Below are positions 14,142-26,870 of a stretch of 64,000 bases of DNA, piece after piece. A program made the position numbers and the translations under genes. The notes under the pieces are model-generated. The model was not told the DNA's origin. It saw only the letters and a program-made list of their open reading frames with translations, and made no database searches. The stretch spans positions 22,692,001 through 22,756,000 of the forward strand of contig OX597826.1 in the NCBI GenBank assembly GCA_951406725.2. Reading direction: 5' to 3'. The stretch comes from Octopus vulgaris (lineage: Eukaryota). How positions within the stretch are numbered: position 1 is the stretch's first letter; every line of letters begins with the position of its first letter.

Positions 14142-15583
14142 TGCTAGAATGGAACATATATATTAATTCAATCTATACTCTTACAAACGCTACACCTTTA
14201 AAAAGAAATGGACTTGTTTGATTGGCCCTTTAGAAAAAACGGTCAATCTTCGAGCGATAAACAAAAAGGTCAAAAATATATGTATATAAATATAAAAAAC
14301 TTATAAAAATTATAAAATCCGAGGAAAAACCTATTGCCGTTAATGAAGACAGTACAAATTAATGCATAGAAATTAAACCTGTTATAAATACTGCAATACA
14401 TATTTATATTAAAATCCACATATATATATCAACATACACAAAAGGATGCGCGTGAACGCCATACATACATATACAGACGTATGAATATGAATCTAAATTA
14501 TACACATAAAAGCATGTGTACATATATTCACGCAAACCGTCTCGCACGCAAGCTAAAATTCATCTATGTAGCAATTCTCATATACTGAGCAAGGAGGGGG
14601 AACGAAAGAAAGGGAAAGAGAGAAAAAAGAACGAAGGAGGGTGGGGAAAAAAACTTGTAGCGATATTATTGGCATCTATAGAGGCCAGTATACATACACA
14701 AGTTTGAATTGATACATATACATACCGTCGTGTGTATGCGTGCTTAAGCACAAGCATACTTTCACTTACACATACACAGATACGCATGCTTACAAATACA
14801 TATGCTTTGCTATACACAAACTTATATAAACATTCTAAATTTGACAACATTGCTTTTTTTAAAAAAACATTGCTTTTAAAAAATGGGTGCATTAATAAAA
14901 ATATATACGAAAGACATATAAAATAAAATAAAATAAAATATAACATCCTACTTTGGGTCATTTATAAATAATCAAGGTAATATAAATAATCAAGGTAATC
15001 TTATGCAATACAATAACATGAAAACAAAGTTTGTAGGTTTTTCCTAATATATATGTAGAAACAATAAGACTTTGCTATAGGTCCGTTGTAGCGCTCAAGA
15101 GTCAAAATCAAAATCAAAAAATCAAAATACAAAATATATACTCTATCCATATGGTATATTTATATTCGACATTTTAAATTTAGCCGTGTGCCTACATAAG
15201 TTCATTAATTCACTTCTTTGATTCAAAGAATTGTTGTCTTTGAATAATATGTGCATGTTTTCTAATAAGCAAAGCCTGCACTTGAAATTATATTTGTAAG
15301 CTCCATGCCTGTATGGTGCCGCCCTGTCCAGAATGCTCCATGTCACGTTGAAAGGTGGGGCTTCCTTTTCTTTTAGTTCCTAGACATATTTTGCTAGGCT
15401 GGTTTTCTTTCTATTCTCTGGGTATTTAAAAGAATTCTTATGAGAATAAAATCTTGTTTTAAATGAATTTTCTGAAGCCCCTGTGTATGTCTTGTATTCC
15501 GATGAGCCTTCCACTTGCACCTTGGCTCTATAAACTACTCCTTTCACTAGACATTTCCCTTCTAACGGACAGGAGCTTTCGTT

Positions 15584-16365
15584 ATTACGATAGCGCATTA
15601 AAGAATAGTGGATTCTCGGAGAAGATCCAGTTCAACCAGCTTAATGCTAATAATAATGCTGCACAAAGAACTAGGACCAGGAAAGTTTTGTGGTTCAACC
15701 CGGCTTTCAATTTGGCCGTAAAGACTAATATAGGTAAAGAATTTTTGAGATTAGTCTCTAAGCATTTTAGGCAGGGTCATAAATTCTACAAAATATTTAA
15801 TAGAAGAACCCTGAAGGTTAGCTATTCTTGTTGCAGAAATTTCGCCTCTTACATTAGCCAACATAATAGGAAGCTAATTGAGATTAGACATGGTGCCGAG
15901 CCCATTAAGAAATGTAATTGCAAAAACGAAAGCTCCTGTCCGTTAGAAGGGAAATGTCTAGTGAAAGGAGTAGTTTATAGAGCCAAGGTGCAAGTGGAAG
16001 GCTCATCGGAATACAAGACATACACAGGGGCTTCAGAAAATTCATTTAAAACAAGATTTTATTCTCATAAGAATTCTTTTAAATACCCAGAGAATAGAAA
16101 GAAAACCAGCCTAGCAAAATATGTCTGGGAACTAAAAGAAAAGGAAGCCCCACCTTTCAACGTGACATGGAGCATTCTGGACAGGGCGGCACCATACAGG
16201 CATGGAGCTTACAAATATAATTTCAAGTGCAAGCTTTGCTTATTAGAAAAAATGCACATATTATTCAAAGACAACAATTCTTTGAATCAAAGAAGTGAAT
16301 TAATGAACTTATGTAGGCACACGGCTAAATTTAAAATGTCGAATATAAATATACCATATGGATAG
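15584..16365 (+). CDS. PLE C-terminal region: RT thumb/linker and GIY-YIG endonuclease (5'-truncated, open frame)
   Basis: WFNP, LKVSYSC, CNCx5CPLEGKC, VVY..YTG, FKTRFYSHKNSF, CKLCLLEK, LNQRSELMNLCRH: pattern characteristic of Naiad PLEs. Confidence 0.88.
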
Positions 16366-17370
16366 AGTATATATTTTGTATTTTGATTTTTTGATTTTGA
16401 TTTTGACTCTTGAGCGCTACGACGGACCTATAGCAAAGTCTTATTGTTTCTACATATATATTAGGAAAAACCTACAAACTTTGTTTTCATGTTATTGTAT
16501 TGCATAAGATTACCTTGATTATTTATATTACCTTGATTATTTATAAATGACCCAAAATAGGATGTTATATTTTATTTTATTTTATTTTATATGTCTTTCG
16601 TATATATTTTTATTAATGCACCCATTTTTTAAAAGCAATGTTTTTTTAAAAAAAGCAATGTTGTCAAATTTAGAATGTTTATATAAGTTTGTGTATAGCA
16701 AAGCATATGTATTTGTAAGCATGCGTATCTGTGTATGTGTAAGTGAAAGTATGCTTGTGCTTAAGCACGCATACACATGACGGTATGTATATGTATCAAT
16801 TCAAACTTGTGTATGTATACTGGCCTCTATAGATGCCAATAATATCGCTACAAGTTTTTTTCCCCACCCCTCCTTCGTTCTTTTTTCTCTCTTTCCCTTT
16901 CTTTCGTTCCCCCTCCTTGCTCAGTATATGAGAATTGCTACATAGATGAATTTTAGCTTGCGTGCGAGACGGTTTGCGTGAATATATGTACACATGCTTT
17001 TATGTGTATAATTTAGATTCATATTCATACGTCTGTATATGTATGTATGGCGTTCACACGCATCCTTTTGTGTATGTTGATATATATATATGTGGATTTT
17101 AATATATATATGTATTGCAGTATTTATAACAGGTTTAATTTCTATGCATTAATTTGTACTGTCTTCATTAACGGCAATAGGTTTTTTCCTCGGATTTTAT
17201 AATTTTTATAAGTTTTTTATATTTATATACATATATTTTTGACCTTTTTGTTTATCGCTCGAAGATTGACCGTTTTTTCTAAAGGGCCAATCAAACAAGT
17301 CCATTTCTTTTTAAAGGTGTAGCGTTTGTAAGAGTATAGATTGAATTAATATATATGTTCCATTCTAGCA

Positions 17371-17417
17371 AAAACTGTCTGATGAACGGCAACGAGAAAC
17401 TCAGAGTAACAGATTTT
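17371..17417 (+). ncRNA. Type I hammerhead ribozyme (family B)
   Basis: Stem I AAAACTGT/ACAG(A)TTTT; CTGATGA(17379-17385); stem II CG-GCAA-CG; GAAA(17396-17399); stem III ACTC-A-GAGT; triplet GTA(17406-17408). Confidence 0.87.
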
Positions 17418-17444
17418 GTTGAATTTTCTGCTGCTTAAAATAAA

Positions 17445-17515
<71 letters not shown>

Positions 17516-17538
17516 CATACATACATATATATATATAT

Positions 17539-18185
17539 AAACCAGCTTAGAGAAGAAGAAGAAACGAAACGAAACCAAACGGATCGAATCGAATCGACGC
17601 GAAGGTGCTCAGTTATACAATAGTGTAATAAATAAAATATATGCATACATACAAACATATATGTACGTACCTACATCTACATGTATATATACATGCATAT
17701 ATAAATATATATATACGTGTGTACAGGACACCACAAATAGACATAGAACTCAACGACAAACGAAAACGTAAAAACAGCATGGAACGAAAAAACAGAGTAC
17801 AAGACAACTACACAAGGAAAAATCCCCTTCATCAGCCGTCCCTAGTTCAACTCCAGCGTGTTTCGAAGGTGAGGACAGAACACGTCTCGTCGAACTAGTC
17901 CTTCCTGCGAAAGAATTAAATAAAATTCCTTTGCAGAGGAAAAAAATGTGACAAAAACAGGACGTAAAAAACAATACAATTAAAAACAAATACAAAATAA
18001 AAATACAATTACAAGAAATACAGTACAAGAAGGAATAGAAACAGAACAGGAAAACAAATAAAGAGGGCCTATAAGTCTAGACGAGGAAAAAATATTTTTC
18101 ACGAGCGCAGGAAGAAACATGTTTACTTGAATAAGGCCGCCGGCGAAAGGAAGTTCGTAGACCCGGCTGTGAGAGAGATGAGGAA
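17539..18185 (-). mobile_element. Family D repeat (probable PLE pLTR)
   Basis: Similar to 706-1310 and 1670-1840; flanked by (TA)n. Confidence 0.55.
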
Positions 18186-18383
18186 TATATATACATATAA
18201 ATTAAATTAGAGATAAAACCACTATCAGACAAATCAAACAGTGAGAAACATAAACCAAAACATAGAAATAAAATTAATTAATATAATATACAAAATATAT
18301 AAAATATAAAATTCAAAATTGAAATTATTTAAATTTAAAGTTAAAAATTAAAAAAATTTAAAATTATTAATTTATATTTATAA

Positions 18384-18436
<53 letters not shown>

Positions 18437-18604
18437 TTATTTTTATTTTTATTTTCTATTTATTTAATTATATATTTATTTCATTTTTTTAATTAAATAT
18501 ATATAACTATCAAAAAGTATTAAAAAGTTTAATATAAGATATATATATACATATATATATATACACATATATACATATATATACATATATATATATATAT
18601 AGGG

Positions 18605-18987
18605 GATGGAAGCACTCCGTCGGTTACGACGACGAGGGTTCCGGTTGATCCGAATCAACGGAACAGCCTGCTCGTGAAATTAACGTGTAAGTGGCTGAGC
18701 ACTCCACAGACACGTGTACCCTTAACGTAGTTCTCGGGGATATTCAGCGTGACACAGAGAGTGACAAGGCCGGCCCTTTGAAATACATGTACAACAGAAA
18801 CAGGAAGTAAGAGTGAGAGAAAGTTGTGGTGAAAGAGTACAGCAGGGATCACCACCATTCCCTGCCGGAGCGTCGTGGAGCTTTAGGTGTTTTCGCTCAA
18901 TAAACACTCACAACTCCCGGTCTGGGAATCGAAACCGCGATCCTATGACCGCGAGTCCGCTGCCCTAACTACTGGGCCATTGCGCCT

Positions 18988-18989
<2 letters not shown>
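18605..18989 (-). mobile_element. tRNA-derived SINE (family 1)
   Basis: Minus-strand head GGAGGCGCAATGGCCCAGTAGTTAGGGCAGCGG..GGTTTCGATTCCCAG with A- and B-box-like motifs; related pieces at 59416-59845. Confidence 0.85.
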
Positions 18990-19054
<65 letters not shown>

Positions 19055-19138
19055 GGTCCCGGGTTGATTCGGGGTTAACCACAGTAAATAAGGTACTCAA
19101 TACATAGCAGAGTAAAATTAATTTATTATATAGAAGGT

Positions 19139-19187
19139 GCTTCTACAGGACTAGAACTGTTTCATTCAAGAGAAATCTTCAGGAAGC
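19139..19187 (-). ncRNA. Type I hammerhead ribozyme (family A)
   Basis: Reverse complement GCTTC-CTGAAGA-TTTCTCTTGAAT-GAAACAG-TTCTAGTC-CTGTA-GAAGC. Confidence 0.82.
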
Positions 19188-19503
19188 TAGTTAACAAGAA
19201 TTGTATTGGCATTTATACATTCAGGCAGGTTTAAAGGGGTGGTGGTGGTGGACTTTTTGGGGGTAGGCATAGCGCAAAATATCATACTTGGGGGAGTGGT
19301 CAAGGAGTCAGTGGTAAATAGATAAAAGAATAAATAAAAGAATAAAAAAATATATAGAATAGAGTTTTAGGTAAATAGGGAGATTCTCACTTATACCTAT
19401 ACACATATGTATACATGTATACACACACACACACACACATATACATACACACATGCATACACACACACACATATATACATACACACATATATACATACAT
19501 ATA

Positions 19504-19545
<42 letters not shown>

Positions 19546-19740
19546 TACACACACATATGCATATACATATACACACACACATGTATATATACACACACGA
19601 CCAGACATACATATACACACAAAAAAAATATATACATACACACACATACACATACACACATACACACACATATCCACATACACACATGCACACACAACAC
19701 ACAAGTCCCTATATACACATATATACATATACACATACAC

Positions 19741-19771
<31 letters not shown>

Positions 19772-20151
19772 CACATATGTGTACCTATACATACCTACAC
19801 ATACACACATATACATACAGATACAAACCCATTCCCTAATTTTAATTTTATTATCTTCGTTTATTACTTTTGTTATCTTTGACCGCTGGTCACAAGCATC
19901 TTGGCTACGACAGCAAGTCCATTTATCTTTCTACTTGAACACAAGCACTCACTCACGCACGCACACTCATTAGCACGCACACTCACTCATTCATACACTC
20001 ATACACATACACGCACGTACGCGTTATATTCATACATACATACATCTACATACATTCACATATATACACATACGTACGCGTACCTACAGATTCATGTCTA
20101 CATATACACCAATAAATATATATACACACATACATATACACCTACATACAA

Positions 20152-20195
<44 letters not shown>

Positions 20196-20307
20196 GTATA
20201 TACATACATACATACACCCATACATACATATATACACATACACACACCCACACGTATACATATACATACATATACTCGCATGCATACACACACACATACA
20301 TATACAT

Positions 20308-20373
<66 letters not shown>

Positions 20374-20673
20374 ATACGTGTACATACATACATATACCTA
20401 TATACACACACACATACATACACATATACACATACACACACATACACATATACATGCGTACCCATACACACACACACACGCGCATCCATATATACACATA
20501 AGTACACACATGCGTAAAAATATACATATATCTATACATATGCTTACACATACACACACACACGTGTCTCCTTATGTTCATACTTACATGCATACTCAAA
20601 AAATAAATAATAAATATTAAGTATATATACGTGCAGTTAACTATTATACAGACGGATACATACATATAAACTT

Positions 20674-20726
<53 letters not shown>

Positions 20727-20865
20727 CACTTACACATATGTACATATACATACATAGATACATAACTCTACGTACCTACATATACATAAACACACGAGCG
20801 TACACGTATATGTACATATACACATACACATACACACATATATATATACATACATACATATACAT

Positions 20866-20940
<75 letters not shown>

Positions 20941-20945
<5 letters not shown>

Positions 20946-22068
20946 AATCCAAACGGGAAACAAAAAAACAACAACAATGGAACAATTACAGTATTATTAT
21001 TAATAGGCGCTCAGGAAATGGAAGCAGGGAGGTATGACGTTTCGAGCGGAGCTCTTCGTCGGAAACATAAAGAAGGAAGAGAGAGGAAGGAAAGATCCCG
21101 GAGCGGGCAACGGAGATAGAGAAAAAAACGACTGGTGTTAGGAGTAGCACATGGTGAAAGGCGGATGTTTACGATAACAAGAGCAAAGTGGGTTTTTAAA
21201 GGCAAAAGAGTGGAGACAAGGTTGGTAACGCAACAGATGTGTGTGTATGTGTGAGTGTGTGCGTGTGCGTGTGTGTATGTGTGTGTGTGAGGCGAGGTAA
21301 AAAAACAAAAAATATATGTATGTGTTAGTGTGTGCGTCTGTGTGTAGGCGTGTGAGGTAGGGCGAGACGGTGGTCAGCATAGCAGCAGAATAGCAGACAA
21401 AGGTCAGTAGTAAGAAAAGGGAGGAAGGAGGAAGGGAGGGAGGGGAAGGGGTGGGGGCGTATGTAGCGTGCCAGCGTGTGTTGAGTAGTAGTGTGTGTGT
21501 GTGTCCAGTGTCGTGGTAGTATTAGTGGCGAGTAGATTGAATGTGTGTAAGAGTAATGTATATGTTTAAGCAATGTGTGTATATGTGTGCGCGTGTGTGT
21601 AACGAAAAAAAAGGGGGGAGGAAAAGGACTCCAGCGGAGGGGAAGATGGAAGAGTGGTCCCGCGGAGACGGGCGTGGGAAAACCCAACGACAAGCGACAT
21701 CCCAGGAACGGGCGGGAGGTCTCGTCGGGTCCAAGGGCGAGGTGCATGCGGCGCGCATGCGTGCGCGAACCGGCGCAAGCGCGTGTGTGCGCGCGCCTGC
21801 GAGTGTGCGCGTACGTATGTGTGTGTGTGGATGTGTGAGTGTGTCTGTGTGTATGTCTGGGTGGCAGTGTGTCCGATGAATGTATGTGAGTATGTGTGTA
21901 TATATGTGTGTGCATAGATGTATGTCCGTGTGTGTGTGTGTGTATGTATGTGTATGAGTGTGTATGTATGTACGTGTGGGTGTGGGGAAGTGTGTGTATG
22001 TGCATGTGTGTGCGCGAACATACAGGTGTGTGAGTGAGTGCGTGTGTGTGTATGTATGTGTGAGTGTG
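20941..22068 (-). mobile_element. Nested 3' fragment of the Neptune-type PLE (family C)
   Basis: Colinear with 53733-54845 including the GC-rich island and the hammerhead-like motif (21032-21068). Confidence 0.85.
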
Positions 22069-22133
22069 TATATATATATATACACACATACACACACATA
22101 AATACATGCATATGCATACACACACATACACAT

Positions 22134-22186
<53 letters not shown>

Positions 22187-22395
22187 TATATATATACATA
22201 CATATACATACACATACACATACATATGCACACATACACACACACACATACATATATACATACACACACACATACATATACATACACACATATATACATA
22301 CATATATATATATATATACATGTGTGCAAACGTACATACATACTCATACACACACACACACACTTACATATACATATATACACATACTTACACAC

Positions 22396-22426
<31 letters not shown>

Positions 22427-22527
22427 CATATATATACATATGTACACATATACACATATGTACACATACACACACATATTCACATATATATCTATATATA
22501 TATATATATATATACACAAATACACAC

Positions 22528-22564
<37 letters not shown>

Positions 22565-22873
22565 CCCACACCTACACATACACACATATATACATATATA
22601 CATACATATACACACATACTCACACCCACACATATATATACATACATACACATACACATACTTATATATATATACATACATATACACATGCACATACGTA
22701 TAACTCTACATACCAACATATACATATATACACACACATATATATATATACACACATATATGTATATATACACACACATATATATACCCATCTACAATCT
22801 GTATATACACACACATACATGCACATACACATAACTTTACATACCTACATATACATCGACATACTCGCGTACA

Positions 22874-22917
<44 letters not shown>

Positions 22918-22998
22918 TACATATACATATATATATATATATATATATAAATACATATACACACACATACATATATATATACACACACACACACACAT

Positions 22999-23052
<54 letters not shown>

Positions 23053-23119
23053 ATATATATATATACATATATATACACATACATATATATATATACACAC
23101 ATATATATATATATCAACA

Positions 23120-23330
23120 ATTGAGGGTAAAGTTAATTAGTTATTAATCAATTTCACCAAGTATTCAGTATGTAAAAGGACCATTATTTTTTTGAGTAAA
23201 CATTGTCTGAGAGAAAATTTTCTTTAAGTAGTGGAAATGGCTAAAAAACTTTTTTGGCTGCTATTTCTAGAAAGTTCAGTATGTGGCAAAGTAATTTATT
23301 TTACTAAGCCCTAATTATATAATATTTTAT
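23120..23330 (-). mobile_element. Short non-microsatellite insert, possible terminus of another PLE
   Basis: Unique AT-rich block between TA/CA tracts; no second copy seen in the window. Confidence 0.3.
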
Positions 23331-23399
23331 ATATACACATACACATACATACACACATACATATACACATACATATGCATACACACATATATACATATA

Positions 23400-23433
<34 letters not shown>

Positions 23434-23640
23434 TACATATATATTTTTTTTTTACATACATACACACACACACACACATAATACATGCGTATATTCCTAC
23501 TATACCCATACATTTCTATACATATATACGATACACATATACAAGCGTGCACATACAATATGTGAAAGGTCTTAGGAGAAAAGGTAATCGGGGGTGCTAG
23601 GGGAACGGTGGGATTGGGGGGGTTTGTGGGTGGGGTGTCA

Positions 23641-24978
23641 TCAATCTGGTTTCCGGGTAGGTCTATAGTTCTTGTAGTTTGCATAATTTTTATGCATGCA
23701 ATTTGGGGAGTGTTCTGAGATCTTGTTAAGGAGAAGGCCTTTGGCGAACAAGATCTCTAGGCTCTCCGAAATGCAAAGGTCACAGCAGGTATGGCCTCCT
23801 GTGTACGAACGCGCCTTCTGTAGTAGTTTCCACTTGGTCTTGAAGGGGATGGAGTTCCTTTTAAGGTACCAGATGTGGGCGGCGAGGGTAGTTTGGTTGG
23901 ATTTATCCGGTCGCCGGAACGAGTGTGTGTGGGCGTACCAACGGGTCTTAAAGCTGTTTGACGTCATTCCGATGTAGGATTTTCTTTTATCGTCAGGGCC
24001 TGATCTTACCTCGCATGTATATACTAGGTCCCTCTGTAGGCAGTTGTTGTTGAGGGGGGCAGGTGGTTTTATCAGGGCAGTTGCAATTGCTATCGGACGT
24101 TGGATGGGCCTCGGAGAAAGTAGATATATTAAGTTTTTTCACATTGTTGTTGGCTAGGTTCCTGGCTAGATTGGGCGTGGTAGAGTAGGAGAGTCTAATA
24201 GTGTTCTTATTTAGGATAGTGTAGTACTTATGTTGGGTTGGGAAGTGTTTCTGTAGGAGAGTGAAGAAGATTTTAGCTACAGGTGTAGCGACCTCACGGT
24301 TGAAGGGGGGTTGTACCAGCTAATGTGTCTTCGTCTATTTTTCCTGGGTTGGCGTGGGGCTATACTAGTATAGGTAATCTTATCTTTAAAGCCACTGCGG
24401 GCCAGGGCCTCGTTGTAATAGGGGGCTGCGGCCTTAAAGATATCTTCCGTGGCGGACAGGCTAGAAATTCTAATTGAGACACTTTTTACTAGGTTATCTA
24501 ATATATTTTTGGGGTGGTTGGAATTAATATTTATATATCTAAGGGATTCATTTGGTTTGTGGTACGGGTAATAAAGTGAGGTTTTTAAGTCGAGGGTGAC
24601 GTCAAGGAAGTTAGCTTTGGTTAAGTTGGATTCTAAGGTAATCCTAAGGCCTAAGTTTTTAAAGAAGGTGTAAAGATTTTTCCGGAACCCATCCGTGGTC
24701 CTGGGGTTTATTTTGTGGAGGGCGAAAAGGCCGTCATCGCGGTAAAGACCACCGGAGAGGCCTGTGAATAGGGTTTTCAGCTTATGGAGGATGAAAAGGC
24801 CCACTAGGTCACTTATTTCAGCCGAGTCGCTAGCACCCATGCTGACGTCGAAGGGGGTCACAGATTTTTTGTTGATCCAGTGGGATCCGTCATGGAAAAG
24901 AAAGGTCTTACGTGCGTGGAGGATCACATCTTGCTCGGCCTCGGTGATGGTGGAGGACCTCCTGGCGAAGTTAATCGC
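23641..24978 (-). pseudogene. Naiad-type PLE RT plus GIY-YIG endonuclease, two frameshifts
   Basis: FDVSMGASDSAE, GLYRDDGL, NFLDVTL, SNHP, WYNPP, CNCPDKTTCP, YIGMTSNSFKTRW, CDLCISE, LNKISE..CMH. Confidence 0.9.
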
Positions 24979-25111
24979 GTCGTAGCCAAGATGCTTGTGA
25001 CCAGCGGTCAAAGATAACAAAAGTAATAAACGAAGATAATAAAATTAAAATTAGGGAATGGGTTTGTATCTGTATGTATATGTGTGTATGTGTAGGTATG
25101 TATAGGTACAC

Positions 25112-25155
<44 letters not shown>

Positions 25156-25344
25156 ATGTGTATATGTATATATGTGTATATAGGGACTTGTGTGTTGTGT
25201 GTGCATGTGTGTATGTGGATATGTGTGTGTATGTGTGTATGTGTATGTGTGTGTATGTATATATTTTTTTTGTGTGTATATGTATGTGTGGTCGTGTGTG
25301 TATATATACATGTGTGTGTATATGTATATGCATATGTGTGTGTA

Positions 25345-25386
<42 letters not shown>

Positions 25387-25705
25387 GATATATGTATGTA
25401 TATATGTGTGTATGTATATATGTGTGTGTGTGTGTATGCATGTGTGTATGTATATGTGTGTGTGTGTGTATACATGTATACATATGTGTATAGGTATAAG
25501 TGAGAATCTCCTTATTTACCTAAAACTCTATTCTTCTATATATTTTTTTATTCTTTTATTTATTCTTTTATCTAATTTACCACTGACTCCTTGACCACTC
25601 CCCCAAGTATGATATTTTGCGCTATGCCTACCCCCAAAAAGTCCCCCACCATCACCCCTTTAAACCTGCCTAAATGTATAAATGCCAATACAATTCTTGT
25701 TAACT

Positions 25706-25756
25706 AGCTTCCTGAAGATTTCTCTTGAATGAAACAGTTCTAGTCCTGTAGAAGCT
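25706..25756 (+). ncRNA. Type I hammerhead ribozyme (family A)
   Basis: AGCTTC-CTGAAGA-TTTCTCTTGAAT-GAAACAG-TTCTAGTC-CTGTA-GAAGCT. Confidence 0.83.
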
Positions 25757-25767
25757 CCTTCTATATA

Positions 25768-25858
<91 letters not shown>

Positions 25859-25864
25859 TAAATA

Positions 25865-26459
25865 AAAAATGTCAAGTGTCGAAGACAGTGGGTAGGGAAA
25901 GGAGAAACACCGACACGTCAGGCTAAAGAAAGTCTTCACCCACGTAAGATGTTGTAATCTGTATGGTGGGTATTAAAGGTTTAGTCCATTTTGAAATTTT
26001 AAGCCCAAACCAAACGATAATAAAGGAGATCCAATGCGAGCAGCTTAAGTCAGCGCTAGAAGGAAAACGACCATCTTTGGTTTCAAGACGAAAAGTGTTC
26101 TTCCATCAGGATAATGCTCGGCCACATACAGCATGGATGACATTCTAAAGGCTGGAGCCGTTTCAATGGGAAACGATGCCCCACCCACCATATTCGCCGG
26201 ACATTGCCCCATCTGATTATCATTTATTCTGCAGACGGAATAAATAAGGATTCTGTTGATGAGGTCAGTATTGGAGGAGTATTTTTCGTCACAGTCAAGT
26301 GAACTTTGGAAGAGGAGCCTTGCAAGTCTACTATATAGATGGAAGAGCATTGTAGAAAATGAAGGGGTGTATATTTTAGATTAAAAAAGAACATTGTTTA
26401 TCTTAATTTTGAAAAATTAAAGAAGTATAAAAAACCGCATTATTTATGGGATGACCCAA
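25865..26459 (+). mobile_element. Mariner 3' fragment (different subfamily from 6738-7942)
   Basis: [27 protein letters not shown]; right TIR CCGCATTATTTATGGGATGACCCAA followed by TA. Confidence 0.88.
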
Positions 26460-26639
26460 TATATATATAAGAAAAGTTTAGGTTAATTAAAATATATTTG
26501 TGATATATTTGAACTGCTAAATGGCAAATTCACTATAGTTACCGTGGAGAACAATTCTCTCTTATGATAAAAAGATTTAAAAATAACATATCTATCCAGT
26601 GTCAACCTCTGTCAGGATTCCCACTGGTACGGAAACTTG

Positions 26640-26870
26640 TCTGTGTGGTGGAAGATTCTCTTCATGACCAGGTGTAACAAGTTCTCGTTTGATATTCAGG
26701 AGAGAGGCAACGTCACAGCCTTGGCGAATTATATATGGACCTATAAAGAAGATGCTACACAGTATAACAAGTGAAGACGACTAGAAAAGTGCGGACCTTA
26801 CTTTAACAACAATAGATGAATGAAGACTCTATTTAGTAGTGAAAAGAACCATATCGAAAAACTGCTTCCA
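26640..26870 (+). pseudogene. Old degenerate Naiad-like GIY-YIG fragment
   Basis: Translates as ..SFDIQERGNVTALANYIWTYKE..LEKCGPY.., resembling the TTLAAHIW / TSLAKYVW segments of the other two Naiads. Confidence 0.5.

Larger units (their letters stand above)
13996..17445 (+). mobile_element. Naiad-type PLE (family B), 5'-truncated, with an inverted copy of its 3' half
   Basis: Sense part 15584-17445; 14067-15583 is the reverse complement of 15925-17445; both ends in (TA)n; hammerhead in each arm. Confidence 0.9.
19051..25771 (-). mobile_element. Naiad-type PLE (family A): 5'-truncated RT-GIY-YIG, long microsatellite-rich 3' region with nested inserts, inverted 3' copy at 24979-25771
   Basis: Coding 24978 to 23641; terminus at 19051; 24979-25771 is the reverse complement of ~19121-19911; assignment of the intervening low-complexity DNA to this element is inferred. 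Confidence 0.72.

Noticed and set aside
15463-15583. Apparent N-terminus of the 300-aa ORF
   Set aside because: Read-through from the inverted arm; real homology starts at about 15584
16366-17445. SECIS element or selenocysteine recoding, reported for some Naiad PLEs
   Set aside because: No in-frame TGA in the retained coding parts and no convincing SECIS fold by eye; SECISearch on full-length copies would be needed
18905-18989. Possible tRNA gene
   Set aside because: tRNA-like head continues into a SINE body; no complete cloverleaf
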